Source of the DNA: Octopus bimaculoides | Lineage: Eukaryota | Direction of reading: 5' to 3' | Length of the DNA stretch: 64,000 nucleotides | NCBI RefSeq assembly: GCF_001194135.2 | Contig: NC_068984.1 | Location: 18,324,939 to 18,388,938 of the forward strand | Shown: positions 40,826-55,771 of the stretch, piece after piece | Layout of the letters: each line of letters starts with the position of its first letter | How positions within the stretch are numbered: the stretch's first letter is position 1 | Program-made: the position numbers and the translations under genes | Notes under the pieces: model-generated | The model's database searches: none | What the model saw: only the letters and a program-made list of their open reading frames with translations | What the model was told of the DNA's origin: nothing

Positions 40826-42954
40826 GTAAGTAAAACTGGAAAGATTCGCCTATTTTAGCATGTGATTAATTAATGAGGTTCATGAAAAATATCTTTCAAG
40901 CTTCTTAAGGCTTAATTTGAATTGAATTTAGATTGAAGTTGTGGAAACAGATATCTTGCTTCTAGTTTATTGCTGTGAAATAGCTGTTGGGATTGAACCT
41001 AAAAATACCACTGAGGTGCTGATTGAAGATTCTAAAGAATAATTGATATTGTTGATATGTCAAAATTTACTTGATTAATCTTCTTATCTGAAATTTATTC
41101 TCTTTTCTATAAATCCTTATTTATATTCTGTTCATATTTTAGTATTCTATGTTTTCTCAGTTTTCATTAAAATATCTTCTGCTAAACTTTCCTCTTAGCA
41201 ATTTACTTAATTAATTTGTTCAGTCACATGACTACGCTTTTTACATGTACAAGCGGCTTGGCTATTAATGAATATTTTTCACTGTTTCTGATATATTATT
41301 GTTATATCTTATTGAACATTAGTTGAAAATTGACTTTTATATCACTCTTGAAAGTTCATATGAACTAAAAGCAAGCAGCTTGTTGCACTTTTCTTAAAGG
41401 ACTTCTAGCATCTGTTTTTTTTTTTTTGTTATATAGATTCTACTTCAAATACTCAAATAGAGCTCCAGTTGATTTCTCGTACACACCTATGTTGTTATGT
41501 ATGTTGTATAAAAAGGTCTTACTAGTGATAACATGCAATCAAACATCTAACAGATATATTTACAGAGACATGAAACACAATCTGTTGAAAGTAGTGGCTT
41601 TGTTTTCCTCAGAATATCAACTTGGCATTTAACACTTAATTAATCTTATTCAGTTATATTGGTCCTAGGGCCAGGGAGGTTGGGTGTTTTTACTAATGGT
41701 TAAAATAGAAATAAATTACAAGACCTAGCTCTGATGTTCAGTCAAGCATAGGAAGTACGCAATGATGATAATAATCATGGTAATGATAGTTATTACAGCT
41801 GTAAAGTGTTAATGTATCTCGGAGCTAAAGTGTTCCCTCAGATTCAATATTCCCCACTCACACACATTTTTTTTTTCTAAGCAAGCATTAAAATATTATC
41901 AGTGAGTCGTATCTTTTCAATCTTGAAGTGTAAGAATTATGGACTCATATATTCTATGACTGTTCAAAACTAATAACACATTAAAGACAGAAATGTGGGG
42001 AAAAAAAAATAACGTAAATTCTTAAATGATTTATCTTCAAGAAATTTCATAAAAAAAAAAAGTAATAATAAATGAATAAAATGAACTTTTGTTCTAAAGT
42101 TCAGAAGAAAAATCAGTGTTAAAAAAAAAATGACTTCACATTGTTTTAGTTATTCTGATAAAGTATACATCTTGATAGACTTTTTGAAGCACTGAAGAAT
42201 CATAAATTTGAATTGAAAACAATATAAAATACACGCTTTCTTCCTTACAAGGAATTCAGAAAATAAAAAACGAGAATATTTATGGAAATATTCTAAAGAT
42301 ATAAAGTTAAATGCAAAATACAAGAAACGTAATGTGTGCCTAACACAATAGATATCTCTGAAGATTACAATATTTATAAAATAAAACTTTAAAATAAAAT
42401 GCTACACAGAAAGTATAATAACTGAAGACCATTGAAGGATTAATGAAAAAGAAAAGTGCCAACTCATTCTAATTACTTTATTGTTATAAATTCCATTTCT
42501 CATTCTAACCTTTTCTCCCTTTTTTCTATTTTTGGGGGGTTTTTTGGGGGTTTTTTGCACATCTCATTACACTAGCAATATTACTTTATTTTAGACATGC
42601 ATCCTTTTATTTATTTATTTTTTTCTTATTGTATCAATTACTTTAAGGTAATTGTGCTGAAGGGTGAATTATTTTATGCATAGTTTTGGGGAGGTTTTTC
42701 AAAAACCACCCACCCCTTCCTCCTTAGCTGTTTCCTGAAAGGGTATCCATCCATGTCACTCTTACTTTAACTTTTATATCAAATATTGTCTTGTACTGCT
42801 TTGCTGCACAACTAGTCAGCTTTATCTCAAACTACTTTTTTTAAGGCGAACCTACTGGAACAATAGTTGCATTACAAATTCATGTAATCATTTTACTTCA
42901 GGTTTGCGTTGATCAAACATACCTATGATCAAAGATATTCTAGTCATGTCCATA

Positions 42955-43405
42955 GGCGCAGGAGTGACTGTGTGGTAAGTAGCTTGCTTACCAACCACAT
43001 GGTTCCAGGTTCAGTCTCACTGCGTGGCACCTTGGGCAAGTGTCTTCTACAATAGCCTCGGGCCGACCAAAGCCTTCTGAGTGGATTTGGTAGCCAGAAA
43101 CTGAAAGAAGCCCATTGTGTGTGTATATATATGTGTGTGTGTGATTTTTTTTTATTGCTCACAAGGGGCCAACACAGAGGGGCCAACATATATGTGTGTA
43201 TGTGTCTGTGTTTGTCCTCCCCCAGCATCATTTGACAACCGATGCTGGTGTGTTTACGTCCCCATAACTTAGCAGTTCAGCAAAAGAGACCAATAGAATA
43301 AGTACTAGGCTTACAAAGAATAAGTCCCGGGGCAGATTTGTTTGACTAAAGGCGGTGCTCCAGCATGGCCACAGTCAAATGGCTGAAACAAGTCACAGAA
43401 TAAAA
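42955..43405 (+). mobile_element. SINE family A, full-length copy
   Basis: Same head, core and tail as 57351-57750. Confidence 0.9.
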
Positions 43406-46073
43406 GGTTTTTTTTTAATTTTATTTTATTCAGGAATAATGTATCTGGGATTGCATTTACAAATGTATCCTTCCTTTTTTAAAGCAACATAGGCACAGCA
43501 GTGTGGTTAAGAAGTTAACTTCCCAACCATTGAGTTTCAGGTTCAGTCCCACTGTGAACATTGTTGAATTAGTGTCTTTGTTATAGCTCCAGGCTGACCG
43601 AGGCCTTGTGAGTGAATTTGATTGATGGAAACTGAAAGAAGTTTGTTGTGTGTGTATTGATACCTCTTCATCCTGACATCATGTGATAGTTGTAAATGAC
43701 TACTACTGTCATACAAGTGATATCATTTATTTCCAATCTTCAATGAAGACATGTCTGGGCTTAGGGAAGTATTTGTTTGAACACAAAGGGCATCTAACTA
43801 CAGAAATTTTGCTTCGATGAACTCTGCCGGATTCATGCAAGGATAGCAACATAGGCATTAAAACAATGATGATGATGACAACAACAACAATGATGAGGTG
43901 TTATTTGAGGCATAGAGACTTACTTGCTGGGTCATAAATTCCAGTTGCTTAAAGTCATGATGTATAAACTGGTTTAGTTAAGGTCAGTTTAATTGTTTAG
44001 CTATGTTTTTTCATGCATTGTGTAAATAAATCCAAACATAACATATAAAGGTTGTTGAAATAAGTAATCTCGGATGAAATTGAAGATGTATTTTTTAGCC
44101 AGATGATATTCTAGATATCAAAGGCTTTCATATGTCTATGGTTACTTTGTTAAATTATCATTAATCATCAATATACTACTGTTTTCCAGTGTCCAAGAGA
44201 GAGAGAGAGCTCTCAGTTCTGTTTATGGTTTTTACCCTCCTGCCTAATACTGATATGTAGAACACCGTTATACAACAGAGAGCTGCTTTATTTTTTGGTG
44301 GTGGTGATGATGTTATTGATTATGTGCTGGTTTATGTCTTTATAGATCTTTCAGTTTTCTATGTCTAATATATTTCTATTGGAAATATGTATATAAAATA
44401 TTCATAACTATATATCCTGGACTTGTTATCCATAGATCTCATGTTTTTGATGCTTACCCTCCCCCCATCTCCTTACTCTCTTCTCACTCATACATATGTG
44501 TGTGTGTGTTACATATGTATGTATATGTATAAACATAGATTGATTGATAGATAGATAGATAGAAATTTATTTTACACTACCTCCAAATTGTTGTGTGCTA
44601 GTGTGTGTGTATATATATATATATATACACCTATGCACCAGTTTTGAAACTGTGCAAAATGAGCTTCAAAGCACTGCTCAGATGCTGATATCACACATTC
44701 CCTGATATCTTTTAATCTTTTCTAAATACATATCTTTGTTTAAAATGTAATAAGCTTGAGGAAACATATTTTTGCAATGTCCTCTCTGTTAGCTGTTTAA
44801 TATCTTGACATTCATACATTTTGTATCTACGTACAATATAAGTTGCTTCTGAATAGAACAAGCCATTTGTAAATCTTATTACTTGTAACAATAGGCAGTT
44901 GTGCAGAACTGAAAATAACTCCTTACATTCACTATTCCGCTTCTTTCTCTACAGCACTTTGTTTCTCTACAACGCTCATCAGAATAACTTTTTTCTTTAT
45001 CTTTTTAGTAAGATTTTGATGTTCCATTTGTAGTTATGACAGTTGGTCATCTCTTTAAAATACAGAACATGCATATCACAATGAAGCAGATGAGGAAATG
45101 AAATACTTCCTCCATGTTCATTCTGTTTTCATTCACTGGAATTGTAGGTTAGGTTATCTTTTAAAACAGGCTAGCTCTCCATACACCACTTCTTCTTCCT
45201 ACATTGGTTCCTTTTTCTTTTTCTTTTCTTTTTTTTCTTTTAGTAAAAGCTGATAACAAAAGAATATATCGATGCTTTAGTTTAGCTGAGTTCTGATATG
45301 GTTGTTACTGGAAATATTAAATTACTGACTGGAAACTGAAGATGCTTCTTTAGTTTCCCTTTTATTGTTTCTGTCTAATGTAATTCAGCCTTTTCGAATA
45401 TGGTTTTCCTATCTATAGGGCTTCATCTTGAAAATACTTAGCTATCCTCTAATGGAGAACATTTTTCAATAAAATATGATCAAATTTCAACTAAAACTGA
45501 ATTAAACAGAGAATTTGATCATATTTCCTTTTCAAATTGTATACAGCTCTAATTTCAACTTCAGTATGAAGTAAAATTTGTTTTATGGATTTACTTTACA
45601 TGTTTCTTCACCTTTGTATTTATCAATGTGGTTGTTTGCTAACTTTCTTGAGAAATGCTAAATTCTTGTTAAAAACTTTAGAATTTTTAGAACATTTAGT
45701 ACATAATCAGCTTCCTCGGTGATCTTTTATTTTAGATTATACTTAATATTTGCTGAGACACAGTAGTTAAATCTCTAATTTCTCAAGACTTCAGGTTACT
45801 TGTATTCATTGCTACAACAATTTTAACACATATCTCTTGCTTGCATTTAGCAAGAAGATGCTGTTTCTAACAATAGATTGCAAACAGTGAAGACAGAGAG
45901 TTCCTTACAATGCGAATAGGAAAAAGTTTAATAACCTTTATATTTCAAGTACAAAAGCCCATCATCAGAAGTAAAATGTCATGCAGGTTACAATATTGCT
46001 CTTCAAATCATAGATATTTTGTTTACCCTAGTTATTTTACATGGCTTCCATAAGGTTTCATTAGATCTTTTCT

Positions 46074-46104
<31 letters not shown>

Positions 46105-48228
46105 CCGCTGCTTTCTATATGTCAGTATAAGTTATAATGGGCATTCTTTAATTCTTTACCTCTATTCAACCAGAAATATCTGATTCTATAAATCAAAGTC
46201 TTTAATTCATGTCACAGATTCCAAAATAGCAAAGTAAATTTTGTATTCATTGACAAAAGAACTTTTTATTAATCCCATAGCACAACCCTCTTTGATTTAA
46301 ATTTTAAATGTTCCTTTACTCAACTTTCTCTCATCTAATATTTTTTTTTAATCCCCCTATAATCTGTAATTTTATAGAAGTTTCTTAATAAAACTCTGAC
46401 ATTTTTCACACATGTGTGCATTGATCCTTCAAACTAGTTCAATAAAACTTATCCTGTGCAAGTAAGCAAAAATTCACGTTACATTTATACAGGGAAAATT
46501 ATATTGCATAAATTTACAATATAAAAAATAAAAACATAACTTGTCAACAACTAAATAAATATGCATGTCTGAATATAAATACACACATATTTCTTGAAGT
46601 ACAGTAATGATCTACTTGTTTACAAAACGAATGTTCATAACTAGATGGTGCCACTTAACTGCAATTTATTGAAGACCATTCCTTTTAATAGTGATGTCTT
46701 AGCTGCCACTTAACCTAGTCTCTTTCACATTTTTTACTTTCAGTTTCTTTAAACTGATTGTATGAATCATTTTTATATTTACCACTGCTAATTATATTTC
46801 CTATCATTCATAGTTTTTTGTTGTTTTTTCTTTTATGTGTGTGTGTTCTTTTTTTCTTTGTTGGGATGGGAGTTCCTAATTTTTCAAAACTGTACCCAGA
46901 ATTTTGTCACGATAGAAATGAAATTTGATTGCCTTCTCAAAAATGTCATCTCAGTAATTGATTGACCAAACCAATCTTTAACCAAGAAGACATTTTTGTA
47001 GAAAATTCTTATTTTCTAAGAATTTTTTTTCTTTTTAATCATCAGCCAGTTGATGGTAGTCTTCTTCAAAACCAAGCACCCTGCCTGATTTTGATAGCCA
47101 TTTAGAATCACTTAAATTGCTCATACTCTTTGAAAATATATTGATATCATGGCTTTCACTATAAATTGAGGCATTGTGCTTTTGTGAGGCTTATTATTAT
47201 TATTATTACTATTATAATTATCTTGTCATGTTTACATACTCTGCTGGAGCTATTCTCTAACTCTACGGTACAGTAGATTTGTGGCTACAAGCTTTATATA
47301 TATATATACATATATATATTAATATATTTTTTTTTAACAGAATATAGATACTTTCTCAGAATGTTATCTTTTGAATTTCCCATAAGAAATATTCATCTGA
47401 CAGTTATTCGATTTTTCTGCTTTATATCATGCTTTGCGCTTCCTAAAGCTCTTATAATTACCGGGTTTATTCTTGTGTCCATATCCCTATTCTCTTTGAT
47501 ATTTCTGTTTCCAACTGTTTGGATAGTTTTCCAGCTTCCTTTACTGTAATGTTATTGTCTTTTGGGCAAGCTACATCGATAAGTATTCAATACCTTGGTG
47601 TCTTGGTTTTTTTGTTTTTTTTTTAATAATATTATTAAGAAAGCAGTTTACTCTTATCATTTTATCTGTATGTATTTGCATATCCCTGAAAATCACACCA
47701 CTTGAATTCTCCATAACTTTATTGGAGACAGGCTTATGTCATTTTTTTTTCTGCCTGGACCTTCATTTTCCTGTATTTTCTGTCTAGTAGAGGCTGGTAG
47801 CTATCCTGCCATGTTACCTCATGTATTCTGAATTAGCCCATGTGGGACTACTTGCCTAGGATGTGGCTGATGGTCTAATCAAACTAATCATACATGTAGT
47901 ATTCAGTTGAATATTTTGCTTCAACATATACATATATATTTATATATATTTCAGTTAGTGACTAGGTGGGAGATGCTTCAAAAAAACCATTATCTCTTTA
48001 AAAAAAACCCACTTATCAAGCTTTCACTTTCCCCTTTCAGATATATAACTCTGGTCTTTTATTTTCAAATGCAATTATTTAGTGGGGTCATTTCACAAAG
48101 TGACTAGAGAAGTATTAATTCCTATTCTTTGTACATTTTATTGATTGAGTTGTGTCCTTCTTTAATTCCCTTCTCTCCTTACTTTATTGTTATATCTGTA
48201 TTCTCTGAAGTGTGTGTATGTATGTATG

Positions 48229-48277
<49 letters not shown>

Positions 48278-49221
48278 GGGAGTGTGTGTGTGTATGTATA
48301 TATATGTATGTGTGTTTATGTATTTTTAAAGGTTGTGTAGCTAGTGTAACTGTTTCAACTAAATAGTGAATGTAAATTTGGAATCTTGCAACTGATTTTT
48401 GTATGTTGTGTTTCTCTGGAGATAAATTTTAGTCTGATTTTAGAAGCTATAGACCCACAATACCTCTTACTTTATTCTGTCTAGCAATATAAAGACATTT
48501 AGGTAATGTCACCTGAATTTTTATTAGGGTTTTTTTTTTTCTTGAGGAACAGACTATGCCCTTAGATTTTGCTGGCCCTCCAAGACCAATAAGATTGCAT
48601 TTATCACTACTCCTGAATAAATGCAGGTAAAATATGAGCAAGGAGTGAATTCAAAGGGACTGATGTCCTAGAGAGAAAGGACCGATTATGATGGTTAGTG
48701 CATCGCCTGGCAGGGGATACACAATGTGAGTTATGAAATAAGAAATGATGAATAAGATGGGATGTTCTAAGTATCCATATGACACAAACCAACTCAGAGG
48801 AGCAGACGCCACTGTAGTAGCAGTAGAAAAAAATTAGAGAGAGAAAACAAAGCACATCTGTGGACCAAAATTTGCTGTGTGTTGGTGAATGACTTCATAC
48901 TAGTCAGTCATGTGATCTTTGTGTGTGTGTGTGTATCAGTAGCAGTACTCTATTGCAGAGTTCACCAAAATTTTGGTAGAATGTTATTAGTTGATAGGGG
49001 CTGCTTTTGTGTCTAATTTACTGTCACGGTGGTGGTAGATTGTCATAAATTATATAGTGGAACTTGTTTGGCTGGGGATGCTCCAGAAAGTGGTAGATCT
49101 TCCAGCAGTGGATATTTTGGCTTTGTTTATATTTTCCAATTGTGGGGGTCAAGTGAGGAAAATTAGTAAAACAAGATGGTCAATTATTTCTTTAAACTGG
49201 CTCTAGAACCAGCATCTAAAC

Positions 49222-49676
49222 CAGTGGCTCTCAATCATTTTTTTACCAATGGACCCTTTTTTGTAACCCTAATCCCAACCCTAAACCCCCTTTTGATTCC
49301 TATTTTACTCAGGTGGACCCTCATATCCATTCGATGTTTAAAAAATCCTATTATATTTTTAGAATTACCATATTTTAATGTGTATAAGGAACCCCCTAAT
49401 TCTTTGGGCTTGAAATTTGGAAAAAAGGTTTTGTAAGGGATTATAACACTATCCATGTATAAGAAACTCCCACATTTTATAAACCTAATTTTTGACAAAA
49501 AAAGGGTTCCTTGTACATCTTAAAATATGGTAAATATTATTAGGAATTGTATAAAAGAAAAATTGTTAGAATATTTTATGCACTGTAGAAGTATAATCAA
49601 TTTATTGCACAAATTTTAACAACAAAATCTTGCATGGACCCCTAAGGGTCATATGAACTCCGTTTGAGAACCACTG
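49222..49676. mobile_element. hAT/Charlie-type MITE
   Basis: TIRs CAGTGGCTCTCAA / TTGAGAACCACTG. 8-bp TSD ATCTAAAC / ATCTAAGA (6/8 identical, resembling the Charlie NTCTAGAN target). Internal inverted repeat at 49367-49394 / 49504-49531. Confidence 0.85.
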
Positions 49677-49955
49677 ATCTAAGATCTTCACTTGTACAAT
49701 CGATTATTTTCACCGAGTTGTGCTTTGTGTACATAGTTTGATTCTAAGTAGCTTGGGTGAATCTGTCCATCTCTAGTTGAAACTAAGATGGTATGGCTTA
49801 TTGGGTTTATTTTTCTTTTACCTGTCCTCAACTTTAAAGGGTTTGACCCCCCCAGTGATCTTTCAGGTATACTAGTTCTTGTTTAAGAAAATCTTTTCAT
49901 TACTTTTGTTTATTGAATTATATTCTGCAAACGCAGTTCATAGTTCTCCATACCT

Positions 49956-50062
<107 letters not shown>

Positions 50063-50860
50063 TCACACACACCCTTCTCTTTTTACAAAGTAGAATCACT
50101 TTCAGTTTTCATGGTCTTTCACAAGATAGATCTTCCAATCACCTGTTATAACCATATTTTTTTTATTTTTTTATTTTTACTACCCTGCAGAAGTGATTTT
50201 GTAGGCGAGGACTAGCTGGTCAGGCATCTATCATTCTCAATGCTAGGCAAATACATTCAGTTCATGTCAGCTCTTGTATAGTGCCGTTATGATTGTTATT
50301 ATTATTGATTTTGATGTTATTAAGGTTCTTTTCAACCTCCAGTTCAAGAATTTTATGACCATCAAATAATAAAATATATTTACTGCAACCAAAACAAGTG
50401 TGTAAAACACTCCTCTTTAGCCATAAACTTGAGTCAAACTTTCTGCTTCTGACGTCAAAATCCTTTTCATTTGTTCTTATTTGTCATTCTGCAGCTCTAT
50501 AATCAATGCATCATCATCATCATCATCGTTATCATCACTGCCACTACCACCACCATCTGAGTTTACTACATGTATATTTGCCTGTCTCTTCTCTTCTGAC
50601 AGACTATTATTGTTGCCATTATAAGACAATTGCTGTCATATCTGTCAGACCGTTATGTGGAACACACTCTGGACTACTGCATGGTTAACTTCCATTGAAA
50701 GCTAGTCAAGCTACATGCAAACTGGACTGATTTTTCTCTTAACTAAAATGTTATTGACTGTTTTACCACGTAACTACATTGGAACTCGTTCGAAAATATT
50801 TTGAAATGCCTCCATACTTCAGAGCAGCAGAGATTTTTCAGTTTTGAAATTCAAGAGTAA

Positions 50861-50863
<3 letters not shown>

Positions 50864-50925
<62 letters not shown>

Positions 50926-50973
50926 AATAATAATATGAAAGATGGTACATTGACTTTGACAATATCTTAACTG

Positions 50974-51035
<62 letters not shown>
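50864..51035. repeat. (GAT)n followed by (TA)n microsatellites
   Basis: Direct reading. It explains the poly-His and poly-Ile ORFs. Confidence 0.95.
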
Positions 51036-51040
<5 letters not shown>

Positions 51041-53844
51041 GACAAGCCTTGGAGAAAAGGCTGGTTTCAGAGAAGAAGAAGAAAAAGAATCTTGACAATT
51101 ATTTCTATTACATAGCGATGACTTATCTTGTAGTAGAATAACAATTAACATATCAAACAGAAGCACGCAATATATATTTATTCGAATGTCAAGAATCTGA
51201 TGCTAACAAAGTTTTATCAAAAGGCAACGTTGGATGGTTTTGTTTGTTTTTGTTTTTTGTTCTTCGGGGCTTTTTTTTTTTCTGTGAAAATAATATGCGG
51301 TGCATGTATAGAAGTAGAAAGTTTATTTTATTTTATTTTAGTTTAGTTTCTTAACGTTAACCAATACATTTGACAAGCAACTTATTTGAATATATACTAA
51401 AATAGGTGTGTGTCTTGTTTTTGTTTTTTGCAATACTTGACTCATAAATCTTGTGTTGTCAGCAAACAACATCTTTGACTTAACCTTCAGTTATTCAAAA
51501 ATACAAACAGACATATTACTACCAAACTACCAAACATATATATATGTATCTTTTTGAGACGTGCATATAATGTAGATTTTTTTTTTTTTTTTTTCTCTCT
51601 GAAATTATTATTCATGCTTAGCGTATTTGTATTTTGCAAATATTTCTCTGTGAAATCTAATAGTCATTGTATAACAAAAGCATTTGCCAACCAACTATGC
51701 ATTATCTATTAGGCTGTCTGATACAGAAATAGCTGCTAAATTTTCATAAAATTCATACATTGATATAATAAATGAAGGAACACACTGGATAATGTAGTAG
51801 TACTATGTCTGGAAATGAAATTATAAGGCTAAACAGGTGGTCATGTTTAGAGCATCTTTGATCTTAGATTTGCTCAATCAAGCAGATCTGGTATTTAAAC
51901 AGCAACACCTTGTTTTAGCTCTTCTTGTTATGTAACTTTTATTCTTTTATAACATAACAGTAAAGATCTTTAAAGATCTGTATGATATAGTTTGTTTCAA
52001 GTACAGATATGTGGTCTAGAAATAAGGTTGTTGGGCCTGTGATCATAAAGTTCTGGGTTTCATTCCTGGACCAGGCAGCACATTGTGTCCTTGAGCAAGA
52101 TACTTCATTTCCCATTGCACCAATCCATTCAGCTCAAAATGACTTTGACCAAAATGTTCCTGATGCCCTCTCATTCTCTTGCTGTTACATACTCAAGATT
52201 CCACTGGGTCAAGGAAAGGCCAAGGGAGTGCATAAAACAATCAGTGAAAGCATATTACAAGCTACCATCTCATACTTGCTTGTGGACAAAATGCTTAGTG
52301 ATATTTCACCTGTCACTCCATTCTGAGTTCAAATTCTCCCAAGGTCGACTTTGCCTTTCATCCTTTCAGGGTCAATAAAATAAGTACCAGTTGAACACTG
52401 GGGGTCAATGTAATCGAATCATTCCCTCTCCCAAAATTATTGCCCTTGTGGCAAAATTTGAAATCATTATTTCACATCTTGTTATGTTATAGTGGTTGTA
52501 ATGTTTGATTATATTAACTGAATACTTCATATATAAATTCAACCTGACATCATCTTAATGGATATTTATCTGATTCGTTCATTACAGTTAGTCTGATGAT
52601 GTTAAAGAATAAAATAAATAAGATACTGTGGTTCCCTTGATGAAAAAAATTATGATTAGCAATCAAAATTACTGACCCAAATTAGNNNNNNNNNNNNNNN
52701 NNNNNNNNNNNNNNNNNNNNNNNNNNNNNNNNNNNNCCCCGGCTCTGAGATTGAACAACTATGAAATAGGCCATATGATATTTTAATGAATCATTATGTT
52801 TGCATTTTTATTTTTGTTTTTGGTGGAGGTGGAATGGACTATTTAAATATTTAGATTTATTGCTCAATAAAATGATATACTCCTGCCGACAGCTATGAAA
52901 TTAATAAAATTTAATTATTTAACATAAAAATCATAAAAATCACTGCATCATTAAAATTTTTGTATGTTGCAAAACATCGTATACATTTCTCTCTCTAATA
53001 TTTATGAACTGTGGAACTTATCTGAATTAATGATAGACTGTTACAATTTTAGCCCTTGGCTGATGTATTTCCAAAATATATAATTTATTACCCAAAATAT
53101 ATCTTTATCATTAGTGATTAAATATTGTAAGAATGATTGAAAGTCTGAAATATTAATATAAAAATAATGAGATACTTCGCTGACAATTTGTGTATTTCTA
53201 AAATTTATATTGCTGATGTTTGCCATCTAAGCAAGGTAAACTCTTCAGTATGATATTCAATTATTAAAGCAAACAGTTTCATTTGGAGGGGCCTCTCTGT
53301 GACAGCTTCACTTTCTAGAAAATGGCATCCATACTGCATGCACTTTTTTTTTCCTTTTGCAGGGCCTCCTAGACCAGTGAGACTGATAATGTTATTAATG
53401 TTTCTTTTGAACTTTTGTAAAGCAAACACCTGCAGAAAAAATTATGAGAAGGACTGGCTGTGATTATTGCACCAGATTAGAGTAGCATGAGCCCAGCCAG
53501 ATCCAAAGAGCAGAGGCCATTATAGTAGTAGTAGAGAGAGGAGACAGCATTGGTGTAGACCAGAGGTTGGATCATGTCTGTGACTTTATGTCAGTTAGTT
53601 GGGCAACACTTTTCTCAATACAGTCTAGGATGTGACCTTAAAAAAAAAAGATGAACACACTAAATAATATAGTCCAACATACAGTGTTTGACAAAGAAGT
53701 GATGCGGTAGTGGTCATGGCTGGAATGCCTCTGATCATACGTCTACTCAGTCAGGGTTGACCTAGAAAAAACAATGAGCAAAATTGATGTTTTTGATATG
53801 AAGATAAAAGCAATAATATCTTGTAAGAGGGAACTACTGGAGAT

Positions 53845-55352
53845 TTAACCCGTTAGCATTCAAACTAGATATATTCAGCCAAAATACTCTCCCTATTTTA
53901 TGTTCAAGCTAGTCAGATCTGCCCTCTGCCATCTACACTATAATGTCATTCTAAAAATAAATAATTACATTATCAATATTTCAAATCTATTAGGCCATCC
54001 CATAAATAATGTGGTTTTTTTCAATTGCATGAACTAGAAGTTGGAGGGGGACAGGATAAACTACCTAAATCAACTTGCTATAAAAGCAGGTAGTAATTTT
54101 ACCTTGCCCTTATTCTTAGTGCAAGTTTTGAAGAGTGCAGTTCAATTTTAATAATATTTTCAAAGCTATAATGGAAGTGACAAAGGAGCATATTCAGCTT
54201 ATTTTGCTTTATGAGGTCAATAAAAGCAACAGTGCAATGGAAAGTGTGAGGAATATTAATACAGTATATGGGGATTGGACAATAAGCGTAAGCCAGTGCC
54301 AATGGTGGTTCCAGAAATTCTGAGCCGGAAACTGCAACCTAGAAGACAAAACTCATCCTGGAAGATCTGCAGAGCTCGACAAGGACATCCTGCAAACCCT
54401 AGTGGAACAAAATCCCATTGTAACTGTTGAAGAACTAGCAGAAAAACTTGGATTTGGTCATTCAACCATTCATCAACACCTGCATGCCATCAAAAAAGTC
54501 AGCAGATTGAGTCAATGGGTTCCTCCCAAACTTTCCAAGTGTAAGCGTGTGCAGAGAGTGCATGTGTGCTCTTCTTTGCTGTCATGTCTCATGAATGAAC
54601 CTTCTTTGGACCGAATAGTGACTGGTGACGAGAAACGAGTTCTCTATAAAAATGTCAAGCACCAAAGACAGTGGGTGGCGAAAGAGGGAAACACCAGCAC
54701 CCCAGGCTAAAGAAGGTCTTCACCCACGTAAGGTGTTGTTATATGTTTGGTGGGATATGAAAGATTTAGTCCACTTTGAATTTTTAAACCCAAACCAAAC
54801 AATAACAAAGGAGATCTACTGTGAGCAACTTAAGTCAGCACTAGAAGAAAATCGACCATCTTTGGTTTCAAGAGGAAAGGTGTTCTTCTAACAGGATAAA
54901 GCTCAGCCACATACAGCGAGGATGACATTCCTAAGGCTGGAGCAGTTTGAATGGGAAACGATGCCCCACCCACCATATTTGCCGGACATTGTTCCATCTG
55001 ATTATCATTTATTCCTCAGTCTTCAAAATCATTTGGATGGAAAAAAATATGAATTCTGTAGATGAGGTCAGAACAGTACTGGAGGAGTATATTTTTTCAC
55101 AGACAAGTGAATTTTGAAGAGGGGTCTTGCAAATTTACCATATAGATGGAAGTGCATTGTAGAAAATGAAGGAGAGTATATTTTATATTAAAAAAAGAAC
55201 TTTGTTTATCTTAATTTTGAAAAATAAATGAAGTATAAAAAACTGCATTATTTATGAAACGACCCAATACAAGATAATGCATGATTAATTCAAAACAATA
55301 TGAATAAATAAGCATTATCTTTGAAAGAAAAATGTGAATGCTAAAGGGTTAA
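53845..55352. mobile_element. TTAA-flanked piggyBac-like MITE (~220 bp) interrupted by the mariner
   Basis: Ends are TTAA-CCCGTTAGCATTCA and TGAATGCTAAAGGG-TTAA. Joining the two mariner flanks reconstructs a sequence similar to the reverse complement of 36223-36449. Confidence 0.8.
53990..55267 (+). mobile_element. Full-length inactive mariner transposon (D,D34D)
   Basis: TIRs TTAGGCCATCCCATAAATAATGTGGTTTTTT and AAAAAACTGCATTATTTATGAAACGACCCAA, with TA at 53988-53989 and 55268-55269. The transposase starts at ATG 54171 and has WVP, TGDEK, QDKAQPH and YLPDIVPSDYHLF motifs, with 34 residues between the 2nd and 3rd Asp. It is broken by stops at 54321 and 54889 and by frameshifts near 54690 and 55045. 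Confidence 0.95.
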
Positions 55353-55730
55353 GTTGGAATGGATTGAGTAATGGTGATTGAGAGACTGAGAATACAAGGT
55401 ATATGCCAAATGAATAGAAACGCTAATTCTAGTGAATTTATAAGAGAATCATTTAACAAAGTCTTAAGCATAAATTTGTTGATTTAAGAAAATTATTTGA
55501 TTTTATATATATATATATATATTGAGAAAAAAGAAAGTCGGCAGAATTTTGGAAAAAAATCTTTTCATTTCTTCTCTGTTCCTTCCTAGAACTTGTCAAA
55601 TAAGGAACGAAAGCGCTAATAATAAATAAATAAATAAAAGGATTTTTTTCCAAAATTCTGATGACTTTTTTTTCTCAATATTCAATTTCTGTACATCACA
55701 CCTAACACTCTCTTTCTATATATATATATA

Positions 55731-55767
<37 letters not shown>

Positions 55768-55771
<4 letters not shown>

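Noticed and set aside
50506-51166. Poly-His and poly-Ile ORFs
   Set aside because: (CAT)n and (TA)n microsatellites with no splice or codon support.
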